From positions 385-64,384 of the forward strand of contig JAKISU010000002.1 of assembly GCA_021648445.1 (NCBI GenBank): 64,000 nucleotides of DNA, read 5' to 3'. Below, one piece after another: positions 49,561-59,703 of the stretch (its first letter is position 1; the number at the start of each line of letters is the position of its first letter). The notes below the pieces were generated by a model that had not been told where the DNA came from, did not search any database, and was given only the letters and a program-made list of their open reading frames with translations. The translations under genes were made by a program, and so were the position numbers. This DNA is from Flavobacteriaceae bacterium. Lineage in GTDB: Bacteria; Bacteroidota; Bacteroidia; Flavobacteriales; Flavobacteriaceae.

Positions 49561-50484
49561 TTAGCAATTCAAATTCGACAAAGAACTAGCTACCTCAGCA
49601 GCTAATTTTGCATTATTATATACCAATTGAATATTAGCATCTAAACTTTTACCCTCAGTCAATTCTTTAACTTTGGCTAACAAAAAAGGAGTACTTTCTT
49701 TACCCTTAATTTTATTCATTTCAGCTTCTAAAATTGCTTTCTCAATGGTTTTTGTTATGATATTATAATCTAATTGATGTGCGGCAGGCACAGGGTTTGC
49801 AATTACGACCCCACCCTTTAAATTCATATCCCATTTGGCTTGTAAAAATTTTGCAATTTCGTTAGCAGAATCCAATCTATAATTAACTTCAAATCCACTT
49901 TTTTGGGTGTAAAAAGCAGGCAATTCTTTCGTTTTATAACCTAAAACCGGCACCCCATGCGTTTCTAAATATTCAAGGGTCAAACCCAAGTCTAAAATTG
50001 ATTTTATTCCTGCACAAACAACAGCAACATTAGTATTTGCCAATTCTTGTAAATCTGCTGAAACATCAAAAGATGTAGAAGCGCCTCTATGCACACCACC
50101 AATACCTCCTGTGGCAAATACTTTAATACCCACAATCTCAGCTGCAATCATAGTAGATGCAACTGTAGTTGCTCCATCCACCTTTTTAGAGATCAAGTAC
50201 GGAATATCACGTCTGCTTGTCTTTACAATCTTTTGCCCGGCTTTTCCTAAGTATGCTATTTCATCTTTGGTCAATCCTACTTTAAATTTTCCGTTGATAA
50301 TGGCAATGGTTGCCGGAATAGCTCCATTATCCCTAACTATTTCCTCAACTTTAAGAGCTGTTTCCACATTTTGAGGATAGGGCATTCCATGAGAAATAAT
50401 GGTAGATTCTAAAGCAACAATTGGTAACTGTCTTTTTAACCCATTTTCAATTATAGGGTTTATTTCAACGTATTTTGAAATCAT
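49561..50484 (-). CDS. psuG: Pseudouridine-5'-phosphate glycosidase
   Basis: VALESTIISHGMPYPQN, ATGGIGGVHRG, DVSADL, TPFLL. Confidence 0.96.
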   Translation of the reverse strand: MISKYVEINPIIENGLKRQLPIVALESTIISHGMPYPQNVETALKVEEIVRDNGAIPATIAIINGKFKVGLTKDEIAYLGKAGQKIVKTSRRDIPYLISKKVDGATTVASTMIAAEIVGIKVFATGGIGGVHRGASTSFDVSADLQELANTNVAVVCAGIKSILDLGLTLEYLETHGVPVLGYKTKELPAFYTQKSGFEVNYRLDSANEIAKFLQAKWDMNLKGGVVIANPVPAAHQLDYNIITKTIEKAILEAEMNKIKGKESTPFLLAKVKELTEGKSLDANIQLVYNNAKLAAEVASSLSNLNC

Positions 50485-51401
50485 TTTAACAAGTTTAAAA
50501 CCATTTGCTCCGAAATATCAGGATGCACTGCATTTTTATGTTGTATTGTAATTTGTGCACAAGCAGAACCAAATTTTGCCATATCATATAATTCTAATTT
50601 TTTAATTTCACCATATAATATTCCAGCTGTAAAAGCATCACCGGCTCCATTTGTATTTACAGGTGAAATTATATTATTTTTTGAAATAAATATTTCGTTT
50701 TCATTACCACATGCAACGCCGTCACTACCTAGTGTTATAAATACTTTCTTTACACCTAGCTTTAAAAAGTGTTCAACCATCTTTTCGTAGTCGCTTTCAT
50801 TTTCAATCTCAATACCGCTTAACAGTTCAGCTTCTAAAGAATTACATTTTAAAATATACAATTTGTCAAGAATAGATTTAGCTTTTAAAGCTTTTTTAGC
50901 AGTAACTGCCTCTAAAACAAAGCGAGTATCAGGTAATCTTTCAATAACCAATTCTAAAATTGATGCAGGTAAATTTGTTTCTAAAACACAATATTCATTT
51001 TGAGCAATAACATCTAAGTTATCCAAAATAAAAGCATCAGGAATATCATCATAGATATCCATTGCTGATAAGCCTAATGCCAAATCATTAAAACGATCCA
51101 TTATTGCTACATATAAAGGTGTAGCACTATTTTTTTTCGTTGAAGAGTGTTTAATGGAAATATTTAGATCATTACATGAATTAATCAATGTTTTTGAAAA
51201 TTCATCAGTAGCAAAAACACTTAGAAATTCAACATCGAAATCCAAACGCTTTAAGTTTTCAGCAATATTTCTACCAACACCACCAAGTATCGTTTCAATT
51301 GTACCGCTATTAGAATCTTCAAAAATTAATTTTTCCTTTGAAAAACCAATTAAATCAATAATAGAAGCACCTAGTACTGTAATTTTAGGAGTATCTGTCA
51401 T
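50481..51401 (-). CDS. psuK: PfkB kinase, probable pseudouridine kinase
   Basis: GGVGRNIAENL, NTNGAGDAF; coupled to psuG. Confidence 0.82.
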   Translation of the reverse strand: MTDTPKITVLGASIIDLIGFSKEKLIFEDSNSGTIETILGGVGRNIAENLKRLDFDVEFLSVFATDEFSKTLINSCNDLNISIKHSSTKKNSATPLYVAIMDRFNDLALGLSAMDIYDDIPDAFILDNLDVIAQNEYCVLETNLPASILELVIERLPDTRFVLEAVTAKKALKAKSILDKLYILKCNSLEAELLSGIEIENESDYEKMVEHFLKLGVKKVFITLGSDGVACGNENEIFISKNNIISPVNTNGAGDAFTAGILYGEIKKLELYDMAKFGSACAQITIQHKNAVHPDISEQMVLNLLK

Positions 51402-51468
51402 CTTGATTAAAATTAAGTAAAAACTTTCTTAAATTTAAAGTAATTTTACCAAATAAAGCAAAAAATGT

Positions 51469-52278
51469 ATGCAAAAATTTCAATCTATATTTAAAGTTGA
51501 CAAACCAATTATTGGTATGATTCATTTAAAGGCACTACCCGGAACGCCAAAATTCAATAATAATATCAATGAAATTATTGATGCAGCATTACATGAAGTT
51601 GAAATCTATAAAAGTGCTAATATTGATGCTTTAGCGATTGAAAATATGCACGACGTTCCATATTTAAAAAATGATGTTGGTCATGAGATAAGCTCTATAA
51701 TGAGTATTATCGCTCATGAAGTTAAAAAATTGAGTGGCTTACCTTGTGGTATTCAGGTATTATCTTCAGCCAATAAAGCAGCCTTAGCCATTGCAAAAAA
51801 TGCAGGTTTAGATTTTATTAGAGCAGAAGGTTTTGTTTTCGGACATGTTGCAGATGAAGGTTATATTGATGCTAATGCAGGTGAATTACTACGCTATAGA
51901 AAAACTATTAACGCTGATCATATAGCCGTTTTTACCGATATTAAAAAGAAACATAGCTCTCATGCGATAACCGCTGATGTAGATATTGTTGAAACTGCAA
52001 AAGCGGCTGAATTCTTTTTAAGTGATGGCTTAATTGTTACCGGAATAAGTACCGGAGAATCAGCTAATATTGATGAAATAAAATCTATAAAAAAGACTTG
52101 TAAAATTCCTGTAATTGTGGGTTCTGGAATTACTCTTGATAATCTGACTCAATATCTACCAAGTAGTGATGCGTTGATAGTAGGTTCTTATTTTAAAAAA
52201 GACGGCTATTGGGCTAATGAGTTAGAACAAGATAAAATTGCTCGCTTTATGGATAAAGTGAATGCATTACGAAGTTAG
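51469..52278 (+). CDS. BtpA/SgcQ family TIM-barrel protein
   Basis: IGMIHLKALPGTP, ENMHDVPY, DIKKKHS, VGSG. Confidence 0.92.
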   Translation: MQKFQSIFKVDKPIIGMIHLKALPGTPKFNNNINEIIDAALHEVEIYKSANIDALAIENMHDVPYLKNDVGHEISSIMSIIAHEVKKLSGLPCGIQVLSSANKAALAIAKNAGLDFIRAEGFVFGHVADEGYIDANAGELLRYRKTINADHIAVFTDIKKKHSSHAITADVDIVETAKAAEFFLSDGLIVTGISTGESANIDEIKSIKKTCKIPVIVGSGITLDNLTQYLPSSDALIVGSYFKKDGYWANELEQDKIARFMDKVNALRS

Positions 52279-52295
52279 CTTTGTTTTATATAATT

Positions 52296-52585
52296 GAGAT
52301 TTTTCGCTCACCTATGGCAGGTCTGAATGACATTGTTTTGTCATTCAGAGAGTGGTGTTAAAAATTTTAACTAGCGTATGTTTTGACGTGTTTAAAAATC
52401 TAAGAATAATGTCAATAATTGAGAAGATAGTTTGAAGAATTGTCCCCTTGAGGATTATTGAGATGAAAATATATTTTCATTGAAGATACCGAGCGTAGCT
52501 CATTAGGAGTGTTTTGTGGTAATTAACTAAAAAACAGCAACTTAAAAGGCTACGTCAATGGTAAGGAGGAACGACTGAAGAATCT
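52296..52585. repeat. REP pair interrupted by a roughly 210-bp unrelated segment
   Basis: gagattttttcg...ctgaatgaca / tgtcattcagag [insert] ggaggaacgactgaagaatct. Confidence 0.45.
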
Positions 52586-52687
52586 TTATTTCTTTATAAT
52601 ATAATCAAGAAGTAACCTTATTGCAATAACAATTTTAATATCAAAACAAGCAATACTGATTCATTTTTACTACATTTACTATTAACT

Positions 52688-54097
52688 ATGATAGAATTTA
52701 TCCTTAACAATAAACATATCAAAACCGCTGAACACAACGGAATAACCTTATTAGATTTTATTAGAGACAATCAACAGTTAAAAGGCACAAAAATTGGTTG
52801 TAGAGAAGGTGATTGTGGCGCATGTACGGTTTTAATAGGCACATTACAAGAAAACAAGATAGTCAACTATCAAAGTATTACTTCTTGTATCTCACCTTTA
52901 GGAAATGCTCAAGGCAAACATATTGTAACAGTTGATGGCACCAACTTACAAGATAAATTAACAACTGCTCAACAGGCAATGACTGATAATTATGCAACCC
53001 AATGTGGATTTTGTACTCCGGGGTTTGTGGTCTCACTTACCGGATTGGCGTTAAAAAACACTTTTATTTCTTATGGTGACGGGCTCAACGCCATCAGCGG
53101 AAATATTTGTAGATGTACAGGATACAAATCTATTGAAAAAGCGACCAAAAACGTAATAGATTCTTTACAAAAAAAGGATACTTCTAACCCAATTAAATGG
53201 TTAGTGGAAAACAATTATATTCCTAAATATTTTGCAACTATCCCTGAAAGATTGACTGCTATTATATCAGAAAATAAGTCAACTAAAAACTCAAATTATG
53301 TAGCCGGAGGAACTGACCTATATGTAAGAAATGCCGATAAATTAGCTGAAGAGAACATCAACCTTTTAACTGCCAATAATGAACTTACCGGTATTTCTTT
53401 TTATAAAGATAATTGTGCGATTGGCGCTTTAGCTACCGTTACAGATTTGATGTATAATAATGCTATGCAGGTTTATTTTCCTGAGATACAATCCTTTTTA
53501 AAGCTAGTCTCTTCTGAACAGATCAGGAATATGGCTACTCTTGCCGGAAATTTTGTAAATGCTTCCCCTATTGGAGATATGACAATCCTTTTTTTGGCAT
53601 TAAACTGCAATATAACCATTAAAAATGCTGATGATAAGCTAAGAACAATTGCTTTAAAAGATTTTTATACATCTTATAAAATATATGATCTACAAAAAAA
53701 TGAAATTATTGTAAACATTGCCTTTGAAGTACCTGACAGTTCGCATCATTTTAATTTCGAAAAAGTAAGCAAACGTACCCATTTAGACATTGCAAGTGTT
53801 AATTCTGCTATCAATATTAAAACCAGCGGCAACACAATCGAAAATGTTCATTTGGCTGTTGGCGGTGTAGCTCCAATTCCGAAATATTTACATAAAACAT
53901 CTGCCTTTTTAGTAAATAAAGAAGTCAATATTGAAGTACTCAAGGAAGCAAATTTAGTAATGCAAAAAGAGATTGCACCCATCAGTGATGTAAGAGGTTC
54001 GAGCGACTATAAAAGATTATTGGCAAGACAATTATTCTTTGCACATTTTACCAAATTGTTTCCTAAAAAAATAAGTTTAACCGAATTAGTTGCCTGA
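52688..54097 (+). CDS. xdhA: Xanthine dehydrogenase small subunit (2Fe-2S + FAD)
   Basis: GCREGDCGACT, QCGFCTPG, GNICRCTGY, AGGTDL. Confidence 0.93.
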   Translation: MIEFILNNKHIKTAEHNGITLLDFIRDNQQLKGTKIGCREGDCGACTVLIGTLQENKIVNYQSITSCISPLGNAQGKHIVTVDGTNLQDKLTTAQQAMTDNYATQCGFCTPGFVVSLTGLALKNTFISYGDGLNAISGNICRCTGYKSIEKATKNVIDSLQKKDTSNPIKWLVENNYIPKYFATIPERLTAIISENKSTKNSNYVAGGTDLYVRNADKLAEENINLLTANNELTGISFYKDNCAIGALATVTDLMYNNAMQVYFPEIQSFLKLVSSEQIRNMATLAGNFVNASPIGDMTILFLALNCNITIKNADDKLRTIALKDFYTSYKIYDLQKNEIIVNIAFEVPDSSHHFNFEKVSKRTHLDIASVNSAINIKTSGNTIENVHLAVGGVAPIPKYLHKTSAFLVNKEVNIEVLKEANLVMQKEIAPISDVRGSSDYKRLLARQLFFAHFTKLFPKKISLTELVA

Positions 54098-56358
54098 TGA
54101 ATAGTATAAAAAACATAGATTCTTTCGGGCATGTAAGAGGTGAATCGCTTTTTGTAGACGATATAATTGTTCAACAAAATACACTTTACGGATTGGTGTT
54201 CGACTCTCCAAAAGCACATGGCACTATAAAGAAATTAGACATTGCTAAAGCGGAAGCAATTGAAGGTGTTATTAAAATTTTCACTTATAAAGATATTCCG
54301 GGAGAAAATCAAATTGGAGGCATCATTCCTGACGAACCTTTATTGGCAGATAATAAAGTTCATTTTGTAGGACAACCTGTTGCATTTATTGTAGCAACTT
54401 CTGATAGTATAGCCAAAAAAGCCCGCGCAATCATTGAAATTGAAATTGAAGAGCTTCCAATAATAACGGAAGCAAAAGAAGCAGCTGCTAAAAAACAATT
54501 TATCAATAAACCCAGAACTTTTAATTTAGGAAATACTAGCAAAGCTTTCGGTGATTGCGACTATGTTTTTGAAGATGAAGTATTCACTAACGGGCAGGAG
54601 CATTTGTATTTAGAAACGCAAGGTGCGTATGCCATTCCGATGGAAAATGGTAGTATTAAAGTTACTTCTTCCACTCAAGGTCCAACACAAGTTCAAAAAG
54701 CAATTGCCAAGGTTTTAGGTATTGGTATGCATCATATTGAAGTAGATGTCATCCGACTTGGCGGTGGTTTTGGTGGAAAAGAAGATCAGGCAACTCCATG
54801 GGCAACACTCGCTGCTTTAGCAACATATCTACTAAAAAAACCTGTAAAACTGATATTAAATCGCCATGATGATTTACGAATGACAGGCAAACGCCATCCT
54901 TATGAAAGTAATTTTAAAATTGGTTTATCAAAAGAACTGAAAATCATAGCTTTTGAGGCTGATTTTTATCAAAATGCAGGTGCTGCAGCTGACTTATCTC
55001 CTGCGGTAGCCGAGAGAACATTATTCCACGCTACGAATAGTTATTTTGTTAAAAACGTAAAAACTACAGTATATAGCTGTAAGACTAATCTACCTCCAAA
55101 TACCGCTTTTAGAGGCTTTGGGGGACCGCAAGGAATGTTCGTTATTGAAGCTGCCATCGCTAAAGCTGCACATGAAATAGGTGTCACTGCAAAAGAAATT
55201 CAAGAAGCAAATTTAATACAGGAAAATGATGAGTTGCCTTATGGGCAAATCATGACACAAGCTGAAGCTGTAAATTCATGGCAATCAACAATAAAGAAAT
55301 TTAATTATAAAAAGTTAGCTTCTGAAGTTGAAACATTCAACAACAAAAACAAAGACTTTAAAAAAGGCATTGCACTAATGCCAATATGCTTTGGTATATC
55401 CTTTACCAATACGCCTATGAATCATGCCAGAGCTTTGGTGCATATCTATCAAGACGGAACGGTAGGAATTAGCACCGGAGCTGTTGAAATGGGACAAAGT
55501 GTAAATACAAAAATGCTGCAAATTGCTGCACAAATTTTTGCCATTCATCCTGACAAGATTAAGCTAGAAACTACCAATACTACACGTGTTGCGAATACTT
55601 CACCAAGTGCTGCAAGTTCAACTGCAGACCTTAACGGAAAAGCATTATTAAAAGCTTGTTCAGCAATTTTAGAACGACTAAAAATAGTAGCTGCAAAAGA
55701 ATTAAAAGTTAATGAAAAAGAGCTTTCTCTACAAAATGAATGGGTGTATATCAATTCAAAAAAATCGTCACTTTCGTGGAAAGCATTGATTGCGAATGCA
55801 ATGTTAGAAAGAATTGCTTTATCAGAAAAATCACATTATGTTACGCCAATAATTCACTTTGATAAAACTACAGAAAAAGGGCATCCGTTTGCATATCATG
55901 TATACGGAACTGCAATTATAATAACTACTGTTGACTGTACAAGAGGTACTTATGTATTTGATTCTATTAAAATTGTACATGATTATGGTAAAAGCATGAA
56001 TCAAGGTATAGATCTAGGTCAAGTTGAAGGCGCCTTAGCACAAGGTGTAGGTTGGATGACCATGGAAGAAATTGCCTACGATAAAAAAGGAAACTTACTT
56101 TCTAATGCCTTGTCTACCTATAAAATTCCTGATATTTTTTCAATAGCAGAAGATATAGAGGTAATTCCGTTGGAAACTGATGGGAATGAAATGGCAATTT
56201 TAAAATCAAAAGCTGTAGGTGAACCTCCATTAATGTATGGAATTGGCGCTTATTTTGCGATACAAAATGCAATCAAAGCTTATAATCCAAATTATAAATT
56301 GAAGTTTCATGCACCTTTGACCCCCGAAAAGGTGTTGATGAGTTTATATGAAAATTAA
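54097..56358 (+). CDS. xdhB: Xanthine dehydrogenase molybdopterin subunit
   Basis: GQEHLYLE, GGGFGGKE, FRGFGGPQG, KAVGEPP. Confidence 0.95.
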   Translation: MNSIKNIDSFGHVRGESLFVDDIIVQQNTLYGLVFDSPKAHGTIKKLDIAKAEAIEGVIKIFTYKDIPGENQIGGIIPDEPLLADNKVHFVGQPVAFIVATSDSIAKKARAIIEIEIEELPIITEAKEAAAKKQFINKPRTFNLGNTSKAFGDCDYVFEDEVFTNGQEHLYLETQGAYAIPMENGSIKVTSSTQGPTQVQKAIAKVLGIGMHHIEVDVIRLGGGFGGKEDQATPWATLAALATYLLKKPVKLILNRHDDLRMTGKRHPYESNFKIGLSKELKIIAFEADFYQNAGAAADLSPAVAERTLFHATNSYFVKNVKTTVYSCKTNLPPNTAFRGFGGPQGMFVIEAAIAKAAHEIGVTAKEIQEANLIQENDELPYGQIMTQAEAVNSWQSTIKKFNYKKLASEVETFNNKNKDFKKGIALMPICFGISFTNTPMNHARALVHIYQDGTVGISTGAVEMGQSVNTKMLQIAAQIFAIHPDKIKLETTNTTRVANTSPSAASSTADLNGKALLKACSAILERLKIVAAKELKVNEKELSLQNEWVYINSKKSSLSWKALIANAMLERIALSEKSHYVTPIIHFDKTTEKGHPFAYHVYGTAIIITTVDCTRGTYVFDSIKIVHDYGKSMNQGIDLGQVEGALAQGVGWMTMEEIAYDKKGNLLSNALSTYKIPDIFSIAEDIEVIPLETDGNEMAILKSKAVGEPPLMYGIGAYFAIQNAIKAYNPNYKLKFHAPLTPEKVLMSLYEN

Positions 56359-56464
56359 GAATAAGTTTTTAGGGCATCTATACATTATTTACTTTACGTT
56401 AGTAAGTTCAGTTTTTATTATAATGTTAGCGGTCAGCATCACAGACGAAGAAAATCAGAAAAAT

Positions 56465-56860
56465 ATGAAATATACTTACACAATCCTTTATGTAGAAAAT
56501 GTACTTGAAACAATTGAGTTCTATGAACAAGCGTTTGGGTTTCAAAGAAAATTCATAACGCCTGAAAAAGATTATGGAGAATTAATTTCAGGAGAAACAA
56601 CTATTTCCTTTGCCTCAATTGAATTAGGAAATTCAAATTTTAAAAATGGATTTCAAAAAAGTTCTCTTTTAGGTAAACCCTTTGGAATAGAATTGGCGTT
56701 TACTACCGAAAATATTGAAGTTAATTTTGAAAAGGCAAAGAAAGCGGGAGCGATAGAAGTTGAAAAACTTACAACTAAACCTTGGAGACAAAAAGTAGGA
56801 TATGTTAGAGATAACAACGGTTTTCTAATTGAGATCTGCACACCTATTAAAATGGGCTAA
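56465..56860 (+). CDS. VOC/glyoxalase family protein (start corrected to MKYTY)
   Basis: FYEQAFG, KPW.Q.VGYVRD..GFLIEI. Confidence 0.88.
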   Translation: MKYTYTILYVENVLETIEFYEQAFGFQRKFITPEKDYGELISGETTISFASIELGNSNFKNGFQKSSLLGKPFGIELAFTTENIEVNFEKAKKAGAIEVEKLTTKPWRQKVGYVRDNNGFLIEICTPIKMG

Positions 56861-56871
56861 AAATTTAGAAT

Positions 56872-56979
56872 ATGGACAAAGAAGAAAGAGTTAAGCACAG
56901 TGTTGAGCAATTAATTGGACAAGGGAATTTGGACATTGTGGACACAGTTTTTACTACTGATTATACCCAAACCATTTAG
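56872..56979 (+). pseudogene. N-terminal fragment of a SnoaL/ester cyclase-like gene cut by MITE A
   Basis: MDKEERVKHSVEQLIGQGNLDIVDTVFTTDY runs directly into the TATA end of MITE A at 56962. Confidence 0.6.
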
Positions 56980-57095
56980 GTTTTCGGGAGTTTTGGCGAA
57001 AGTTATTTTTTTCTTTAAAAAGGCGAAGAGTTCAACCATAGCCTCTTGTGCTGAGCGAAGTCGAAGTGTTGTTATGGTTTTATTTTTTAACGCAT
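56962..57095. mobile_element. MITE family A, copy 4 (truncated, with 24-bp REP insertion)
   Basis: Left TIR intact; insert 57045-57068; right part replaced by gtcgggcacggcatgaca. Confidence 0.85.
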
Positions 57096-57367
57096 GTCGG
57101 GCACGGCATGACAATTGGTTAATTACCGTCACTTTAATAAAAGTGATTAGTAAAACAGGCTTTCTCTTTTTTTTCCAAATTTTATTCTAACTATAAATGC
57201 TAACTTTGGACACTTATAACTCTAAATACTTTAGGCACTGAATAGTTACCACAAACTAAATAGAAATCCGAACCCCTAAAATACTTTTAAGCACTGAAAG
57301 CAAAATGCACTGATCTCGATGGCTATCGGAAGCTTAGTTTTAACTATTTTTGAGAATATAATTTTTT

Positions 57368-58708
57368 ATGAATGACTTTTTGATTTATAGTAAGTGTTGT
57401 TGGATTGATGGACAGATTACCGAAGCAACTTTACACATCAGTAAGGGTAAAATAGCGGCAATTTATCCTGAAAAATATTATGATGATACTATTGAATTTC
57501 TAGATTATAATAATTCAATTATAATGCCCGGTATTATTGATGCCCATGTTCATATTAATGAGCCCGGGAGGACACATTGGGAAGGTTTTGATTCTGCAAC
57601 CAAAGCGGCAGCTTTGGGTGGAGTGACAACACTAATTGAAATGCCTTTAAATGCTGATCCTGTTACAACCAATATTAAAGCATTTGAAATAAAAAAGCAT
57701 GCTACAAAAAATAAATTACACGTTAATTGTGGGTTCTATGGTGGAGCTGTTCCCGGTAATGAAAATGATATTGAACCTTTAATAAAAGCCGGTGTTTTTG
57801 GCATTAAAGGGTTTTTAACACATTCAGGTATTGATGAATTTCCCAATGTAACAAAAGGCGATTTAGAAAAAATTGCTCCGATTTTGGCAAAATTTAACGT
57901 ACCTTTACTATTACACTGCGAGTTTGGGGAGGAAAAAAACATTCCGCAGGTTCAACCAAAAAGCTATAGAGCGTATTTAGCATCAAGACCCACGGAATGG
58001 GAATTAAATGCACTTAGGATAACGCAGGATATTCAAGAAAAGTATAACATTAAAACGCATATTGTACACCTTTCTGCGGCAAAAGGCTTGCAATCAATTA
58101 ATTATCATAAAAAACATACTGAAAAATTAACCGTAGAAACCTGTCCACACTACCTTTATTTTACCGCAGAAGATATTCCTGATGCTTCTCCAATTTACAA
58201 ATGTGCTCCTCCAATACGAGAAAAAGAAAATAATGATGCACTTTGGGAAGGGTTATTAAATGATGAGTTTGATTTTTTAGCTTCTGATCACTCTCCTGCT
58301 CCACCGGAAATTAAGAAACTAGATGAAGGAAATTTATTTGAAGCTTGGGGAGGTATTGCCGGGTTACAATTTACTTTACCAGTAGTTTGGACTGCCGGTC
58401 AAAAAAGGGGTTTGACCTTGGAAAAATTGATTCCCTTATTAACAGCAAACCCAGCTAAATTTTTAGGACTGGATCATAAAAAGGGACAATTAAAAAAAGG
58501 CTTTGATGCAGATATAACTGTTTGGGATGATACCAAAGAATTTAAAGTTACTGAAAGTATAATTGCACACAAACATAAAGTAACACCTTATATGAATCAT
58601 ACATTAAAAGGTAAAATAATTCATACATTTGTGAATGGCATTCAGGTTGTGAAAAATGAAGAGTTGAATACACTAAATGCCGGTGAATTATTATTAAAAA
58701 CTAAGTAA
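57368..58708 (+). CDS. allB: Allantoinase
   Basis: DAHVHINEPGRTHWEG, ETCPHYL, SDHSP, AWGGI. Confidence 0.95.
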   Translation: MNDFLIYSKCCWIDGQITEATLHISKGKIAAIYPEKYYDDTIEFLDYNNSIIMPGIIDAHVHINEPGRTHWEGFDSATKAAALGGVTTLIEMPLNADPVTTNIKAFEIKKHATKNKLHVNCGFYGGAVPGNENDIEPLIKAGVFGIKGFLTHSGIDEFPNVTKGDLEKIAPILAKFNVPLLLHCEFGEEKNIPQVQPKSYRAYLASRPTEWELNALRITQDIQEKYNIKTHIVHLSAAKGLQSINYHKKHTEKLTVETCPHYLYFTAEDIPDASPIYKCAPPIREKENNDALWEGLLNDEFDFLASDHSPAPPEIKKLDEGNLFEAWGGIAGLQFTLPVVWTAGQKRGLTLEKLIPLLTANPAKFLGLDHKKGQLKKGFDADITVWDDTKEFKVTESIIAHKHKVTPYMNHTLKGKIIHTFVNGIQVVKNEELNTLNAGELLLKTK

Positions 58709-58710
58709 AC

Positions 58711-59700
58711 TTGAAACATAACTTATTAAAATATATTGATCTGGCATCAGAAAAAATAGGCGGAGAAGTTGTCTATACTACTGATGATTTTTTTGCTGAA
58801 AAAGAAAACCTGATAAAAGAAGGCAGAGGTATATTTATTCCCGATAAATATACAGATCATGGTAAATGGATGGATGGGTGGGAATCTCGTAGAAAGCGAA
58901 CTCCCGGACACGACTGGGCAATCATAAAATTGGGTACTCAAGGCAGTATTAAAGGTTTTGATATTGATACCAATCATTTTTTAGGCAATCACCCTCCTTT
59001 TGCATCGGTTGAAGCTATCCGTTTAACTGAAGAGTTGTCTGATTGGAGTAAAGTTGATGATTTAGAATGGGAAGAAATTTTAGAAAGATCACCTCTAGAA
59101 CCCGGTAGTCAACATTTTTTCGAAATTACATCAGATGCAATTTATACACACTTACGTTTGCATATTTATCCAGACGGAGGTGTAGCGAGGTTTAGAGTAT
59201 ATGGCGAAGTTTTTAAAGATTGGAAATCGGTCAGTGAAGATGAATTGATAGACTTAGCATTAGCAACCAATTGCGGTAAAGCATTGAATTGCAATGATAT
59301 GTTTTTTAGTGCTATGGATAATTTGATCTCTCCCACAAAAGGTAAAGACATGGGAGATGGTTGGGAAACCAAACGAAACAGAACACCTGATAATGAAGAT
59401 TGGGTAATTCTGCGATTAGGGCATCAAGGGATTGTTAAAAAAATAATTATTGATACCAATCATTTTAAAGGAAACTACCCTGATAGTTGTGCTATTGATG
59501 CTTGTAATTGCATAAATGACGATGTTATGAATGCTGATTGGAAGCCTTTACTTCAACAACAAAAATTAGAAGCGCATCAAGAACATCTTTTTGAAGATAA
59601 TCTTATTGAGAATCATCAACCAATAACACATATCAAGTTAAAAATTTATCCTGATGGAGGTATCAGCAGATTACGAATTCTAGGCACAATTAAACATTAG
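58711..59700 (+). CDS. alc: Allantoicase
   Basis: Two repeats: DGWESRR / DGWETKR and PDGGVARFR / PDGGISRLR; TTG start. Confidence 0.95.
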   Translation: MKHNLLKYIDLASEKIGGEVVYTTDDFFAEKENLIKEGRGIFIPDKYTDHGKWMDGWESRRKRTPGHDWAIIKLGTQGSIKGFDIDTNHFLGNHPPFASVEAIRLTEELSDWSKVDDLEWEEILERSPLEPGSQHFFEITSDAIYTHLRLHIYPDGGVARFRVYGEVFKDWKSVSEDELIDLALATNCGKALNCNDMFFSAMDNLISPTKGKDMGDGWETKRNRTPDNEDWVILRLGHQGIVKKIIIDTNHFKGNYPDSCAIDACNCINDDVMNADWKPLLQQQKLEAHQEHLFEDNLIENHQPITHIKLKIYPDGGISRLRILGTIKH

Positions 59701-59703
59701 TAT

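Noticed and set aside
52590-52687. Purine riboswitch upstream of xdhA
   Set aside because: No recognisable aptamer core or three-stem junction visible by eye.
56911-57190. Two overlapping ORFs (73 and 91 aa)
   Set aside because: Translations of MITE A copy 4 and REP sequence.
57200-57312. Degenerate 9-10-mer repeats (ctaaatact/ttaggcact)
   Set aside because: Too degenerate and AT-rich to delimit reliably.
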